Positions 1-12,582 of a stretch of DNA of 64,000 nt are shown here, piece by piece; within the stretch, counting starts at the first letter, position 1; the number at the start of each line of letters is the position of its first letter. The notes beneath the pieces are model-generated. The model saw only the letters and a program-made list of their open reading frames with translations, ran no database searches and was not told where the DNA came from. The position numbers and the translations under genes were made by a program. Location: the NCBI GenBank assembly GCA_951406725.2, contig OX597819.1:3968001-4032000 (forward strand), read 5' to 3'. Source of the DNA: Octopus vulgaris (taxonomy: Eukaryota).

Positions 1-195
1 TGCACATTTAGAGTAGGAGGTAAGACAATTACAACGGCTATAGTACATGATTGTCACTTTATTTTGTTAACTTTAGAGAGGTGGCTCTAATGGATTATCT
101 CGCTCCCCGACGGACGATGATGTTCAGATATTACTGCGTGAAGCCTTTTGGATGTTTCTTTCTAATAAATATGTATGCATGTATATATGCATGTA

Positions 196-642
196 TCATT
201 ATTCAGTTTATTTCAAGATTTCATGCCAATAGAGAAAGGACCGGTTTCCAACCTAGGTCCAAGGTTCCTTCATTGCTATTTCAACATCAACAACAGGGTA
301 TTTTATGTATGTATGTATGTATGTGTGTATGTATGTATGTATGTATGCATGCATGTATGTACGTATCTATGTATGGGCAGATTTGTATGTTTTATGTGTG
401 TATTCTCATGCATTTAGTTGCATATCTAGACATACTCATTTTTATTTAAATGATAAACTTCCGGAAAGTTTTACAGATTTTTACAGTTCCAGTGATAGAT
501 TAGACATGTAGTCTTCGAATTACCTTTCTCCTTTCTGGTTTTGAGAAGCCTAATTTCTCAAGATCGGTATTTAGGCAGTTGTTACATATCCCGGGACCCA
601 ATAATTGCAGGTATAAACCTGAACATGTAATCTGGATAGAGA
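196..642 (-). mobile_element. 3' end of an R4/Dong-like (restriction-like endonuclease) non-LTR retrotransposon with 3' UTR and internal (CATA)n
   Basis: Minus strand 642-447 translates, with one frameshift and one stop, as LYPDYMFRFIPAIIG.../CLNTDLEKLGFSKPERRKVIRRLHV*SITGTVKICKTFRKFII*, typical of the C-terminus of RLE-type LINEs. UTR-like sequence follows toward ~196. Confidence 0.7.
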
Positions 643-728
643 CGGTTTCTTCTATAACAACAGCTAGAAAGAATTTGTTTACCTGTTGAGCTGTTGTTTT
701 CGTTCTGTTACTCGCTTGTGTCCCGCAA

Positions 729-1050
729 TGGTACTTAGTTTAACGACACCGAAAGAATGAAAGGTAAAGTCGACCTCGGCGGAATTTGAACTCAGAACGT
801 AAAGACAGACGAAATACCTATTTCTTTACTACCCACAAGGGGCTAAACACAGAGGGGACAAACAAGGACAGACAAACGGATTAAATCGATTACATCGACA
901 CCAGTACGTAACTGGTACTTAATTTATTGACCCCGAAAGGATGAAAGGCAGAGTCAACCTCGGCGGAATTTGAACTCAGAACGTAACGGCAGACGAAATA
1001 CGGCTACGCATTTCGCTCGGCGTGCTAACGTTTCTGCCAGCTCACCACCT
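729..1050 (-). mobile_element. tRNA-derived SINE family A: full copy 819-1050 plus a tandem partial copy 729-818
   Basis: Minus-strand head GGTGGTGAGCTGGCAGAAACGTTAGCAC, B-box-like GAGTTCAAATTCC, body G(T/C)CGACT(T/C)T(G/A)CCTTTCAT. Nearly identical to 49738-49959. Confidence 0.9.
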
Positions 1051-1109
1051 TCTTTGTGATCCTTAATAATGTTAGGGAAAATTGGCTCGTATTAATTTTT
1101 AAATATCAA

Positions 1110-1290
1110 AGAGGCGAGCTGGCACAGTCGTTAGACCGTCGAACAAATGACTTCCGGTATTTGTTACAGCTCTTTAACCATCCAAGTTCAAATCCCACCA
1201 AGGTTAAATTTGACTTTCAATCACCGGATCAATAAAATAAAGTATTGGTTAGTGTCCAAAGTATCGACACGCTACCCCCATCTCGCCAAC
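1110..1290 (+). mobile_element. diverged SINE family A copy
   Basis: GGCGAGCTGGCACAGTCGTTAG...AAGTTCAAATCCCACCAAGGTT; head-to-head with the 819-1050 copy. Confidence 0.7.
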
Positions 1291-1943
1291 AAAAGATAAA
1301 AAATAAAAATAAAATATTGGTGTTTAGAAAGAAACATTAGAAAAGAATCATTTCCTTTCAATGTCAAAACATTTACTATTTAACTAAAATCATCTGATAA
1401 TACACGATCTCTCACTATCTTCACACATCTAGTTCGTGTTTCAAATGTTAAAAGTTATTCTTTACCGCTTTATAAAACTCAATGATAGGCTTAATGTCAT
1501 AACTATGTCATCATCTCTACGACTATTGTTGTTTCTACGCTTTTATTTTTTTTTCTCTCTGCCTTATGAAATATATTCACCCGAGGCTATAAATGCTGTT
1601 GTTTAAATATGTCTGTGATAAATGGCCGTTAACAAAATTCTGAATCCATAACACAGTAGGGTATTGAAACAGTATTTCCTTTCCAAGCGTTGTTTACACA
1701 TCACTGATTTCCCACATTCTTCCTGTAGTGTTTGAGAATAATAGTTCTTTGTTTATTTTCTGTGTGACTTTGGCCACCATAGTTGAGACTGCGTGTTAGA
1801 ATTTTTGCGATCTTAACAAATGCCTTCTCTGGATGAGTTGTTTAGCACAAAAGCCGACGGTTTTTAAGCGGTCAACCATATGGCGAAGCGTTCTCAGTGA
1901 GCTAAAAGGTTACGTTTGCATTTTCAGACACAATAATCCAGTC

Positions 1944-2020
1944 ATCCTTATCATCGACATCGTCATCGTCATCGTCGACACAACCATCATCATCATCATC
2001 ATCATTATCATCGCCATCAT
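1944..2020. repeat. imperfect (CAT)n microsatellite
   Basis: catcgtcatcgtcatc...catcatcatcatc. Confidence 0.9.
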
Positions 2021-2275
2021 CAGCTCACTCTATACTGGCTGCGTCATTATTATTATGTTGACGAAGGCGTTACTGTCTTCATCAACTTTTCCCTTGCATG
2101 TTATTATTCCTCGTTATTGTTATCCATTACAGAGGTGTTTTCCACGAACAATGCCCGCTTCCTATCCGTTGGTGTTTAGAGTCAGCCAGTCGATATTAAC
2201 TAAAGAAATCTGTCAGATCGTGGACTGCAAGGAATGTTCGTTTGATCTTTAGATCTTATACAGGAAGAAAAAAAG

Positions 2276-2277
<2 letters not shown>

Positions 2278-2313
<36 letters not shown>

Positions 2314-2325
2314 ACACACACACAC
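2278..2325. repeat. (CA)n microsatellite
   Basis: Direct reading. Confidence 0.95.
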
Positions 2326-2632
2326 TGAGGGAACTACCCAAAGAAAAACTGATGTTATAATCACGTCTCCCTAGTGTTTTATAGTAACTCAAATTCCCTC
2401 AAATTACATGGATGTACGGCTAGTATGATTCAGATTTCTGAATCGCATATACTGTTTTTGTTTTTTAATATATAAAGAGGCAAAGTGTGAACTGGGAATA
2501 AGAGCTGAAGAGGTCGAAGCAATTACTTCTCCGTTGATTCTTACACTTCTGCACGATCGTTCCTCTCGCCATTCATTTAACAATACAGGTTTGACATATA
2601 TTTGTAATATGTATTGATTTAATATGAAGATA

Positions 2633-2989
2633 GGCGCAGGAGTGGCTGTCTGGTAAGTAGCTTGCTTACCAACCACATGGTTCCGGGTTCAGTCCCACTG
2701 CGTGGCATCTTGGGCAAGTTTCTTCTACTATAGTTTTAGGCCGACCAAAGCCTTGTGAGTGGATTTGGTAGACGGAAACTGAAAGAAGCCCGTCGTATAT
2801 ATGTATATATATATATATATATATAATGATAAGAGTAAATAATTTCTATAAAGGGTTTTAAAAAAACCCCAATTATTTACTGGTAGAATTCGGTATGTAA
2901 ATATAGCCGATTACCGGCAGGAACTTCTGTAAAGTCGGAGTCCAACTTTGATAGAAATAAGCACTCTTGACTGCTATTTCTATTTTTTC

Positions 2990-3055
<66 letters not shown>

Positions 3056-3266
3056 TTTGTGTGTCTGTGTTTATCCCCCTAGCATTGCTTGACAACCGAT
3101 GCTGGTGTGTTTACGTCCCCGACACTTAGCGGTTCGGCAAAAGAGACCGATAGAATAAGTACTGGGCTGACAAAGAATAAGTTCCGGGGTCGATTTGCTC
3201 GACTAAAGGCAGTGCTCCAGCATGGCCGCAGTCAAATGACTGAAACAAGTAAAAGAGTAAAAGAGT
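2633..3266 (+). mobile_element. tRNA-derived SINE family B (CORE-like) with internal (TA)n(TG)n, interrupted by an insertion at 2826-2991
   Basis: Head GGCGCAGGAGTGGCTGTCTGGTAAG (A box), GGTTCAGTCCC (B box), CORE-like GTGGCATCTTGGGCAAGT, tail CAAGTAAAAGAGTAAAAGAG. More than 10 copies in the window. Confidence 0.92.
2826..2991 (-). mobile_element. short (TA)n-flanked insertion, probable Penelope-like pLTR fragment
   Basis: Absent from other family B copies; flanked by TA tracts; minus strand 2980-2964 reads GAAATAGCAGTCAAGAG, like a hammerhead 3' half. Confidence 0.5.
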
Positions 3267-3884
3267 ATCTGATTGTTACACAAAACACTCACACACACAC
3301 ACACACACACATCATATAATATACAGTGGATACATATTACATGTAATCTACTTACACCTCCCCTAAAGACCGCTTACTTTGTACTAAATTTTGGAGTACG
3401 CAGCAGCTAAAGTTACTTTTCCTTTCGCTCCTGCAACGGAAGAGAATTCAGCTGAAATACTTTGCAATTTTAGAACTTCGTAACACTGTGACTACTATCG
3501 CTGAACCTCAAAGGGCTAGTTTTATTTATTTTCGTTGATAGAGGACGGGACTCGAACTCAGAACGGATGGAGGTGAGACATATTCCGCAATGATCCTTCC
3601 CCGATACTTGAACATGACTACTTTTTATGCTAAAAGTACAGACGCGATCACTTCCCACGAGCAAGATGTGCAACGTATATATCAAGGCCAACTATCCATC
3701 TTGAATAGACCGATGGTACCTAAATGTAGAACGTCGATAAAACGGGTAGATTCAACCGATTAGCCATGCTCGGAACGTTTTACACCCAGTCTTGTTTCCA
3801 TCTTATACAAAGCGTCAACCTAACACATTCCCCGCGTACGTCATTTTAACGTTTATTATCTTGTTACTTTTAATTTTCAATTTG

Positions 3885-3929
3885 CATACACACACACATA
3901 TAAATCTATCTATCTATCGATATATATAG

Positions 3930-3994
<65 letters not shown>

Positions 3995-4036
3995 GAGAGA
4001 AAGAGAGAGAGCGAGAGACAGATAGATAGATAGATA
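3885..4036. repeat. compound (CA)/(TCTA)/(TA)n/(GA)/(GATA) microsatellite
   Basis: Direct reading. Confidence 0.95.
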
Positions 4037-5144
4037 AGTTTGGTAGAACAAACAGGATAAGTAGAACTCAAATACGTAAGTATAATTAGATCATTTTTTT
4101 AAATGGCATGTGTTATAAAATCACTCAAGGTTAGAGAATTTAGTGCATAGCTGTTATCGTTAAAAAACATTTATTTCATATCTTACGATGTTCCTAAATT
4201 CTTACGATGTAAGCAACATACAATTCTCGCTGTAAAGTACAAAATTTCTAAACGGGGGTAGGTGGGGTGGTGGTTCAACATTTGTCATTTTTACAGAAGT
4301 CGTGGGTTCGTGTCCCCGGGTTGCAGATTTTGATGCTTTCCCCACGAATGTTTATTTTTCAACCCAATATTCTGTACGTTATTACTTATAGCTATATCTT
4401 CTTCGAGTCCCAACATTATAAACATTTTATTTCATATCTTTCGAAGTTTCTAAATTCCACATGACATAAATGATAACTTTAATTTTAACGATAATTTTTT
4501 TTAAATGTTTTCATATCATTTACATCGATTTTAATGCCCCGCATCGACAAACATTGAGTTCATTAGTGATAGAAACATGCTGAACATATTCCTGCTTGTC
4601 TTGGCGGGAAAAAAAGGTTTTCCTCTGGGTTTCAGAACGAAATTTAAGCTCAAATAATGTGTTTGCCGTAACTCTTCGTTTACTCTTATGACATCTGTAT
4701 GCAAAAAAATTGACGGTTAGTGACTTAGGTTAAGTATAATTCGATATAAAATAATTACAGAAAATGTAGTGTGTGTTTTCTATCTTAACAGCAGGAGAGA
4801 TTTTAATTGAGATAGTTTACAAGGCATTTATTCACACCATAGTGTACATCAAACATATACATATGTGTGCGTAGGTGCATACACACACGCGCTCACACAT
4901 GTATGCCTGTGTATCTGTGTGTGTGTATATATGTGTGCGCGTGTTCGCGGGTGTATGTGTGATCTTTCGGGAGAAAAATTATATACAAGAAAGAATGCAA
5001 TTAAAAGGATACTTAAAAATCATTTAGTTAGTCACATACCCAACCAATGGGTAATTTTATTATTTTAACACTTGATAGTGTTATCGATATGTTACGTTCA
5101 GATTTTAAGGAGTTCTATGAAAATAATAATTATCTTCCTATGCA

Positions 5145-5249
5145 TAACACATACATACACACATATGTATATAATACGTACATACATACTTATACATACC
5201 TATACATACATACATATATATATATGTATGTATATATATATATATATAT

Positions 5250-5316
<67 letters not shown>
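5145..5316. repeat. (CATA)/(TA)n microsatellite
   Basis: Direct reading. Confidence 0.95.
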
Positions 5317-5318
<2 letters not shown>

Positions 5319-5648
5319 CGCAGGAGTGGCTGTGTGGTAAGTAGCTTGCTAACCAACCACATGGTTCCGGGTTCAGTCCCACTGCGTGGCATCTTGGGCA
5401 AGTGTCTTCTGCTATAGCCCCCGGCCGACCAATGCTTTGTGAGTGGATTTGTTTGTCTGTGTTTGTCCCCATAGCATTGCTTGACAATCGATGCTGGTGT
5501 GTTTACGTCCCTGTCACTTAGCGGTTCGGCACAAGAGACCGATAGAATAAGTACTGGGCTTACAAAGAATAAGTCCCGGGGTCGATTTGATCGACTAAAG
5601 GCGGTGCTCCAGCATGGCCAGAGTCAAAATGACTGAAACAAGTAAAAA
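5317..5648 (+). mobile_element. SINE family B copy lacking the internal microsatellite segment
   Basis: Consensus head and tail; GAGTGGATTTG joins directly to TTTGTCTGTGTTTGTCCCC. Confidence 0.92.
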
Positions 5649-5695
5649 AAAAAATATATATATACATATATATATATATATCTACATATATATAT

Positions 5696-5759
<64 letters not shown>

Positions 5760-6141
5760 ATATATCTTTGTCATACGATATAGTGTATATTTAAACACAT
5801 AGAGAATCCACTTATAGGATTCTACGCATTAGAAAGAACAGCTAAGTTCTATGACCACAAAAAAATCGGGATAAAATTCGACAGGAATAAATTTGGAAAT
5901 ATATATATAGGTAACTCAGATAACTGGGATAACTCCGACATAAAACCTGCGGCTCAGTGGTTACCGATGATGTTGACTTGTTCTTCTTTTCGGATTATGG
6001 CTGCTGTTGCTTAGTGAGTGAGATTGACTCAATGCACAGCCTTCCCTCTCTTTTAAAAAAATATCTTGCACAGGCATTGCACGATAACAAAATTGATTAA
6101 GCTTCGTGCAATGGCCATACTCGATAACGAGGGGGCAGCCA

Positions 6142-6467
6142 CCATGTATGTATGTATGTATGTATGTATGTATGTATGTATGTATGTATGTATGTATGTA
6201 TGTATGTATGTATGTATGTATCTATGTATATATGTGTGTGTGTCTATGTTTGTGTGTCTATGTTTGTGTGTCTGTGTTTTTCCCCTCAATATCGCTTGAC
6301 AACCTATGCTAGTGTGTCTACGTTCCTGTAACTTAGCCGTTCAGCAACAGAGTCCGATAGAATAAGTACTAGGCTTACAAAGAATAAGTCCGGAGGTTGA
6401 TTTGCTCGACCAAAGGCGGTGCTCCAGCATGGCCGTAGTCAAATGACTGAAACAAATAAAAGAATAA

Positions 6468-6470
<3 letters not shown>
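6142..6470 (+). mobile_element. (TATG)n tract followed by the 3' half of SINE family B
   Basis: CGCTTGACAACC...GGTGCTCCAGCATGGCCGTAGTCAAATGACTGAAACAAATAAAAG. Confidence 0.85.
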
Positions 6471-6511
<41 letters not shown>

Positions 6512-6689
6512 TCATATACATGCCTGTGTGTGAGTGTAATATATGTGTGTGCGTGTGTATGTGTGTGTTTGTGTACTGTATATGTATGTATGCATGTGTT
6601 TGTGTGGGTGGATGTGTATGTATACACCTCACCATGACCGGAGTTCAGCAACTGAACTCAGTAAAATGTAATTCACCATCATCAATTCG

Positions 6690-7135
6690 AACTTGCTAGA
6701 ATTTGAACGATCCCGATCCTATTCCCATCTCTTGTCGCCAATGGCACGAGACAGGCCCTTTCGCTGATATGTGTGTTAACTTTTCAAGATACATTTTATA
6801 GCAGGGCGGCCGATGTGATCACGCCCACTTCAAGGTGTCGAAGGTAGAATGTTTCTCACTAACTAGCTTCTTATTTCTGCAATGTTCAGTTAAACGAACA
6901 TTTCTTTCTTTAATAATGTCAGAAACATTAGAGAAGTTATTGTATAAACTATACTCGGTGGGATGTTGTTTCTCGAACATGCTCAAAATGGTGCAAAGCA
7001 TGCGCAAAAGGGTACGAAGTAACCAGTAAAGCTTCAAAGCTTTTATTTAGTGTCCATGTGAAGGAACCATAATGGAAAGTATATTCAACAGCTACACGAA
7101 AGAAATCCCTTTTTCAGATCCACTAAGTGTTTAGA
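6690..7135 (-). mobile_element. decayed LINE ORF2 C-terminal fragment (RTE/RTE-X-like)
   Basis: Minus strand gives FFRVAVEYTFHYGSFTWTLNKS, LLRM...KQHPT...VSDIIKERNVRLTEHC and GRPA, matching the LLYGSETWTL...RLAGHC...GRP layout. Confidence 0.7.
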
Positions 7136-7384
7136 TGTGCGTATACTGAGACTTTAAGTGTTGTTTAAGCACTCACCACTGTTTTTACGAAAAACAGATG
7201 GCAATGTAGAACAACTAGCCATACGCTGGGCATAACATATTTTGAAGCACCACCTGAAAGATAGAAATCGAACTTATAGAGGGTACGAATTTCTATTTTT
7301 CTGTTATATATTTTGATATAAAAGTAGTAGAATCGCGTTTTTGACATAACAGACATGGTATTTTTCAACGTATATGGTCAAACT

Positions 7385-7569
7385 TTTATCATTTATTTCT
7401 CTGAATTATTAGACTGCAGCGATGTTGGGCACAGGCTTGAAGAAGTTTTAGTCGAATGAATCGACCCGAGTTCTGTTTTTAAACTTGGCACTTATTGTAA
7501 CGGTCTCTTTTACGGTCACATAAACCAGCACCGGTTGTCAATCAGTGATGGGGACGAAAAATAGACACG

Positions 7570-7618
<49 letters not shown>

Positions 7619-7782
7619 TTGACGAGAATCATTCAGTTTCCATCTACCAAATTCACTCACAAGACTTTGGTCGGCTCGAGGCTATAGTAGAAGACACCTT
7701 CCCAAGATGCCACGCAGTGGGACTGAATCAAGAGCCATGTGGTTGGGAAGCAAGTTTCTTACCGCACAGCCATGCCTGTGCC
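7385..7782 (-). mobile_element. diverged SINE family B copy with internal (CA)n
   Basis: CAGTTTCCATCTACCAAATTCACTCACAAG...CCCAAGATGCCACGCAGTGGGACTGAA...GCCTGTGCC. Confidence 0.85.
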
Positions 7783-9769
7783 TATATCAATGAGTAAGCT
7801 GTGAAAGAGTCTCTGTGAAAATATAGCAGGGAATTTTGAATATGCTATACAAAACAGGTGAGAGAGGAGGAGAGAGGAGAGAGTATATATGTAAGTGTGA
7901 AAGAGAAAGGGAGAAAGAGAGAGAGAGAGGAAGAGAATGTATGTAAGTAATGTGTGTGAGAGAAGGAAAGAATGTTTATGTGTATGTATGTGTGAGAGAG
8001 AAAGAAAGAGTATATACATGTATATACATGTGTCTTACTGTGTATGTAGAATAATCTTCAATATCATTCCGGTGTCTAAAATATATATCACTCTTGTCTA
8101 TTCAATCCCTTATGCTAACACCTACAAAATTGCTTTTCAGCTCAAAGAAATCATTATTCTTTTATGGAGCTGCGAAAAGCATTAGAATCGGTAGGATTCT
8201 AGAATAAATAACTTGCGGTATTTCCTAATATTTCCTCAACATTCTGAATTCAAATCTCGTTGAAGTTAACTCCAAGATCAATAAAGTATACAACAGTAAT
8301 ATGCTGCCATCGATGAAATTTGTGTACTTCACCAGAGTAAGACGCATTGATCGTTATTGTTGTTGCTGTAGCTGTATTTGCTAGTAGTGATAGCGATGAC
8401 TGTAGTGTCTATTGATAGACGAGTTAAACGACTTGTATCTCTTAGATATTATTGTCGCTTAAATTGTGTGTGTTCGTTTACATTGTTCATGAAAATATTC
8501 CATGTCTTCAAGTACTGTTGTTGTATTGACGTGCGATTGTGTGCGTGAGGTGTACGTCGGTATCATACGCTTTTGTGTTTGACTGTGTATAGCGTTAAGT
8601 GTCCATATGGATGTTTGTAGTTTTTAGTTCCCAGCAGTGTACGATGGGAAGAGAAAAGCATTAAAACTGCCTCTAGACCACACAGAGTAAACGTGTAAAA
8701 ATAAAATAATAAAATGTGGAATGCATACATTCAACGGTATTGGAAGTGTCTTGATTTAAAGAAACATGTTCGTGGCCAGAGGCATTGCAACTGTTGTCAT
8801 TCGGAAAGTCATTCATTTATATTAAGGAAGTGTCATTATTTATTGTTAAACAGTCATTTAGAACGGAATTTCAAAATTGCATAGATTAGCACGTGTAGAC
8901 TGTAGACAGCCACTGATTATAGTGCGACACATGTCTGTCTAAGGTGAAACGAGGCAAAGTTTCAATGGGAAAAATAAATACTATAGACTTCTAGTTAACG
9001 TTGTAGAAGAGGAAATGTTGATCACCGCTTGAAATTGGCCAGAAAATTAATCACATTTATTAATGTTTTTTTTTTTTTATATAGAAATATTATCTTTTTA
9101 AAGCGATCATTATCAGAAAATAGTGTAAACTGCCAGAATCAAAAATGTGGAAATAAAAACAAATCAAACATTTAATGTGCAAGAAAAATATATCCGATAA
9201 TAACTTCGGGATATCTGGGCTAAACTGGCTATTTGGAGGTTAAGAGGATATTGATCCAACTATGTACGAAATTCAATTCTTAGCATATTTACACATCTGT
9301 TCTAAGTTTCGCAACTATAAAATATATATATTATTTATCATTTAGTTGTTACTTTAGGTTATGCCACTATGTAACATGACAATAGACTATTTTGTCATAC
9401 TTAACACTGAAAAAAAAATGGAGCTAGACAGAGGACATATGTTTTTTTCTTTTCGTTTTTTTTTTTTGTGAGTGGAAAACCATACATGTGACCTTGTTAG
9501 CAACTAAATGAAAACATGAACATCATCGCCAAGAATCAAAAAAGAGGTTTGAGTTTGTAAGTTAATCGCCAATACAGTAAGACCATGGAAGGTTTGTTCT
9601 TTCGAACAACCATTTTCTCTCTCCCCCTCTCTCTCTCACACACGCACATACACACACACACACGCATACACACACACGCACACACACATACATACACACA
9701 CGTGTGTGTATGCACATGTGTGTTTGCGTGTGTATGTGTGTACGCCTGTCTTTATATATGTGTATATGT

Positions 9770-10990
9770 ATATCATCATCGTCATCATCATCACTATCAT
9801 CATTATCATCATCATCATATACGTCACCACCACCACCACCATCATCATCATATACGTCATCATCATCATCATTTTTCCATGCATGAGTAAGACGATTCGA
9901 TAAAATTCGACGAGCTGGAGGCCTGCGTTGGTTTCCAACGTCTGCTTTCGCATGGTTCGTACATCCCGAGTCCTTTCGAAATGCCAACCATTTTATAGCG
10001 TATGCTGTGATCATTTTACTTGGTACCAGCACAAGAGTGGTTTCTAAGTAACGAGGAAAGCAGAAATATTCCCCTCGACTAAGTAGGAGAGAAAGAGGTG
10101 GCTTTATGCCAAGCGTCGAGAGTCTAAAGTATGATGGAGGGACAAGAAGCGGTGTCTTGCAATATAGGATATACATGGTCAGACAATGTTAGGTAAGGTT
10201 GAGTGGAGAAGGTGGAAAGAGAGATAAATATGGTGCTGACGAGGTGACGCGGAGTATTCTATTCTAAAGATTCAAAAATGTGATTATAAGGGAGAATATG
10301 GGCAGAGGAGCGGGGAGAGTGGATGATTAGAGTGTAAAAGTGTGAGAGGAAAAAGACATGTATAAGAGATGGTGGTAGAATGGATGTAAGGAACGAATTA
10401 CCTAGTATGGGCATGAGGTCGATAGTATCAGTTGAAAGGAAGAAGGAAGGCAAAAGAATGGGAGTGGCTCAAAAAGGAGGAAGTGGAAGTAGAGAAATGC
10501 TAGAGAGCAGCATTATAGTAATTCTGTAACTGACCATAAAACAGGAAAATGATATGCAGAGTGACAGAATGGTCTGTGCAGAAAGATGGTGTACAGTGAC
10601 AAAGATGGAGTTTAGAGGTACGTAGGAGCGGATATAGTGAGTGGCGGACAAAGAAGGGGCGTCTTTGGCATGTATGACAGGGCGTTAATAAGTTATGACA
10701 GAAATAAGCTGTACTTTAGGGAAAGGGAGAGATAACTCATAACTCAGAGAGGGATGATCAGTGGAAAGTGATATCTGAAAGGGTGATATTAAAAAGGGTT
10801 AATATTAAAAAGAAGTATTTCTAAGAGGTCACTGGTAGCACAAAAGGGGATGAAATATGTGCAGTTCTGGTCTCATACAATTACAGCAGTTAAATAGTAT
10901 TATAGTTAGAATGGTGATGGACGAATGGGAATTAGGAAGAGGGGAGGCGGAGAAGGTTTGACGGAGGTTAACTGGATGAAAGAACAAGGT
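9770..10990. repeat. (CAT/CAC)n tract followed by an old, strongly purine-biased interspersed repeat
   Basis: CAT tract 9772-9872, then TTTTCCATGC...AATGCCAACCA and ~900 bp of G/A-rich sequence; family not assigned. Confidence 0.45.
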
Positions 10991-11414
10991 CCACCTAACT
11001 GATTTTACAATGTCACTTTCGCTGTGTCAGATGAATCTTCTCGAGCAGAGCAAATCGCCAATCATCTCGGTCTTTCGCCATTGAGTGCTTGTGGAGATGT
11101 ATGTGTTTGCGCGCGTGCGTATATGTGTTTGTGTGTTTCCCATAAAATCAATGAAATTGTGTCTCCATAGATTTTTTAAAATAATAGTACTAACTCTTCG
11201 GCACAACTCGTGACACAAGTGTCGCTGCTTTTCGGTGGCAGGACAAGGTTAAAAAATCATAGCGAAGAAAATCGGAACGAATTCCGCGGAGCATTGTATC
11301 CAACACTCAAACGATTCTGACAGGTGCCACCCCAGACACACACATACCCATACACACAAACACACATGTGTATGTATACGTACACAGATGGGCAAACCAA
11401 AACATACATACAAA

Positions 11415-11491
11415 TCTGTCTGTCTGTCCGTCTGTCTGCCTGCCTGTCTGTCTGTTTGTCTGACTGTTTATCTATCTATTTATCTATCTAT

Positions 11492-11538
<47 letters not shown>

Positions 11539-11720
11539 CATGCAGATATATTTTTACATACCCATATGTACATCCATGCATATATATATACATACACACT
11601 CACACACACAAACACACACATAAGCATACACATCCACCCGTCCATGTATGCATCCCACCATCTATCCATCCATTCATCAATATGTGTGTGTGTGTGTGTA
11701 TACATGTGTGTGTGTGTGAT
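11415..11720. repeat. compound TCTG/TCTA/TC/TA/CA/TG microsatellite
   Basis: Direct reading. Confidence 0.9.
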
Positions 11721-11990
11721 TGGATCGTTGTCCCAAAGACGGTAATGATATATTTAGTTTAGGTCTATTAATCGTTTTTGGCGTCCGAGAAATACAGCTA
11801 TTGACACAAATTTATGTTTCGCAAGGTGGAACCTTTTAAGCAAATCTGGCGCTGGATAACTTGCACATATCATACACTTTTCCAGAATACCTGTTACTCT
11901 CTCTCTCTTTCTGGTCAGCCAAGTATCGATTATTATTACACTGTGTGACATGATTTTTGTCCTTGGGTATCAACTGTTGTTTCCTATTTG

Positions 11991-12582
11991 CTTTCAATCT
12001 ACTAGAAATAGCCAATACGCCCTCAAATCGCTCTCTATCTTCTTAAGATTTGCCTAGAAAGTGTTTTTCCCTATTTGCTTACCCTTCAAACTTTGCTTTT
12101 GTTGCATTTATTCAAACCCCAAAAAATCCCTCTCGACAACATGGCCATGATGCTCCCCCAATGCTCCTGTTCATGATCAAAGAGGCATATATTGTCAGCC
12201 ACAAAGGGACACGCTCAAGTGGTTAAGGTCAAGCAACTGACAAGCAAATCTGTGGTATTGAGCATAAAGTTTGCTATAACGATATTTCTGCTTCAGCAGC
12301 TCAGCGCTGAATCTGTCTGAAATGTAATGGAAAATACATCAGTTTCAAACTATTGATGTCCAGGTCACAAAAGCAATTTTTGAAAGGAATAATTGTCATT
12401 TCCTCCGATTTCTAGACAGAAGTAAATAGGAAATAACACTTATTGGCCAAAGACAATAAATAAATGAATAAATAAGGAAATGAATAAAAAAAATTTGTTA
12501 CACAGCGTTATCTAACATATCTTTTCTTAAGAAGATAGAGAGCGATTTGAGGGCGTATTGGCTATTACTAGTAGATTGAAAG
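11991..12582. repeat. 58-bp inverted repeat (arms 11991-12048 and 12525-12582)
   Basis: CTTTCAATCTACTAG(A/T)AATAGCCAATACGCCCTCAAATCGCTCTCTATCTTCTTAAGA; 57/58 identical. Confidence 0.92.

Noticed and set aside
232-285. Hammerhead-like GAAACCGGTC with a preceding hairpin on the minus strand
   Set aside because: The upstream core reads ATGAAGG rather than CTGANGA, and no stem I forms.
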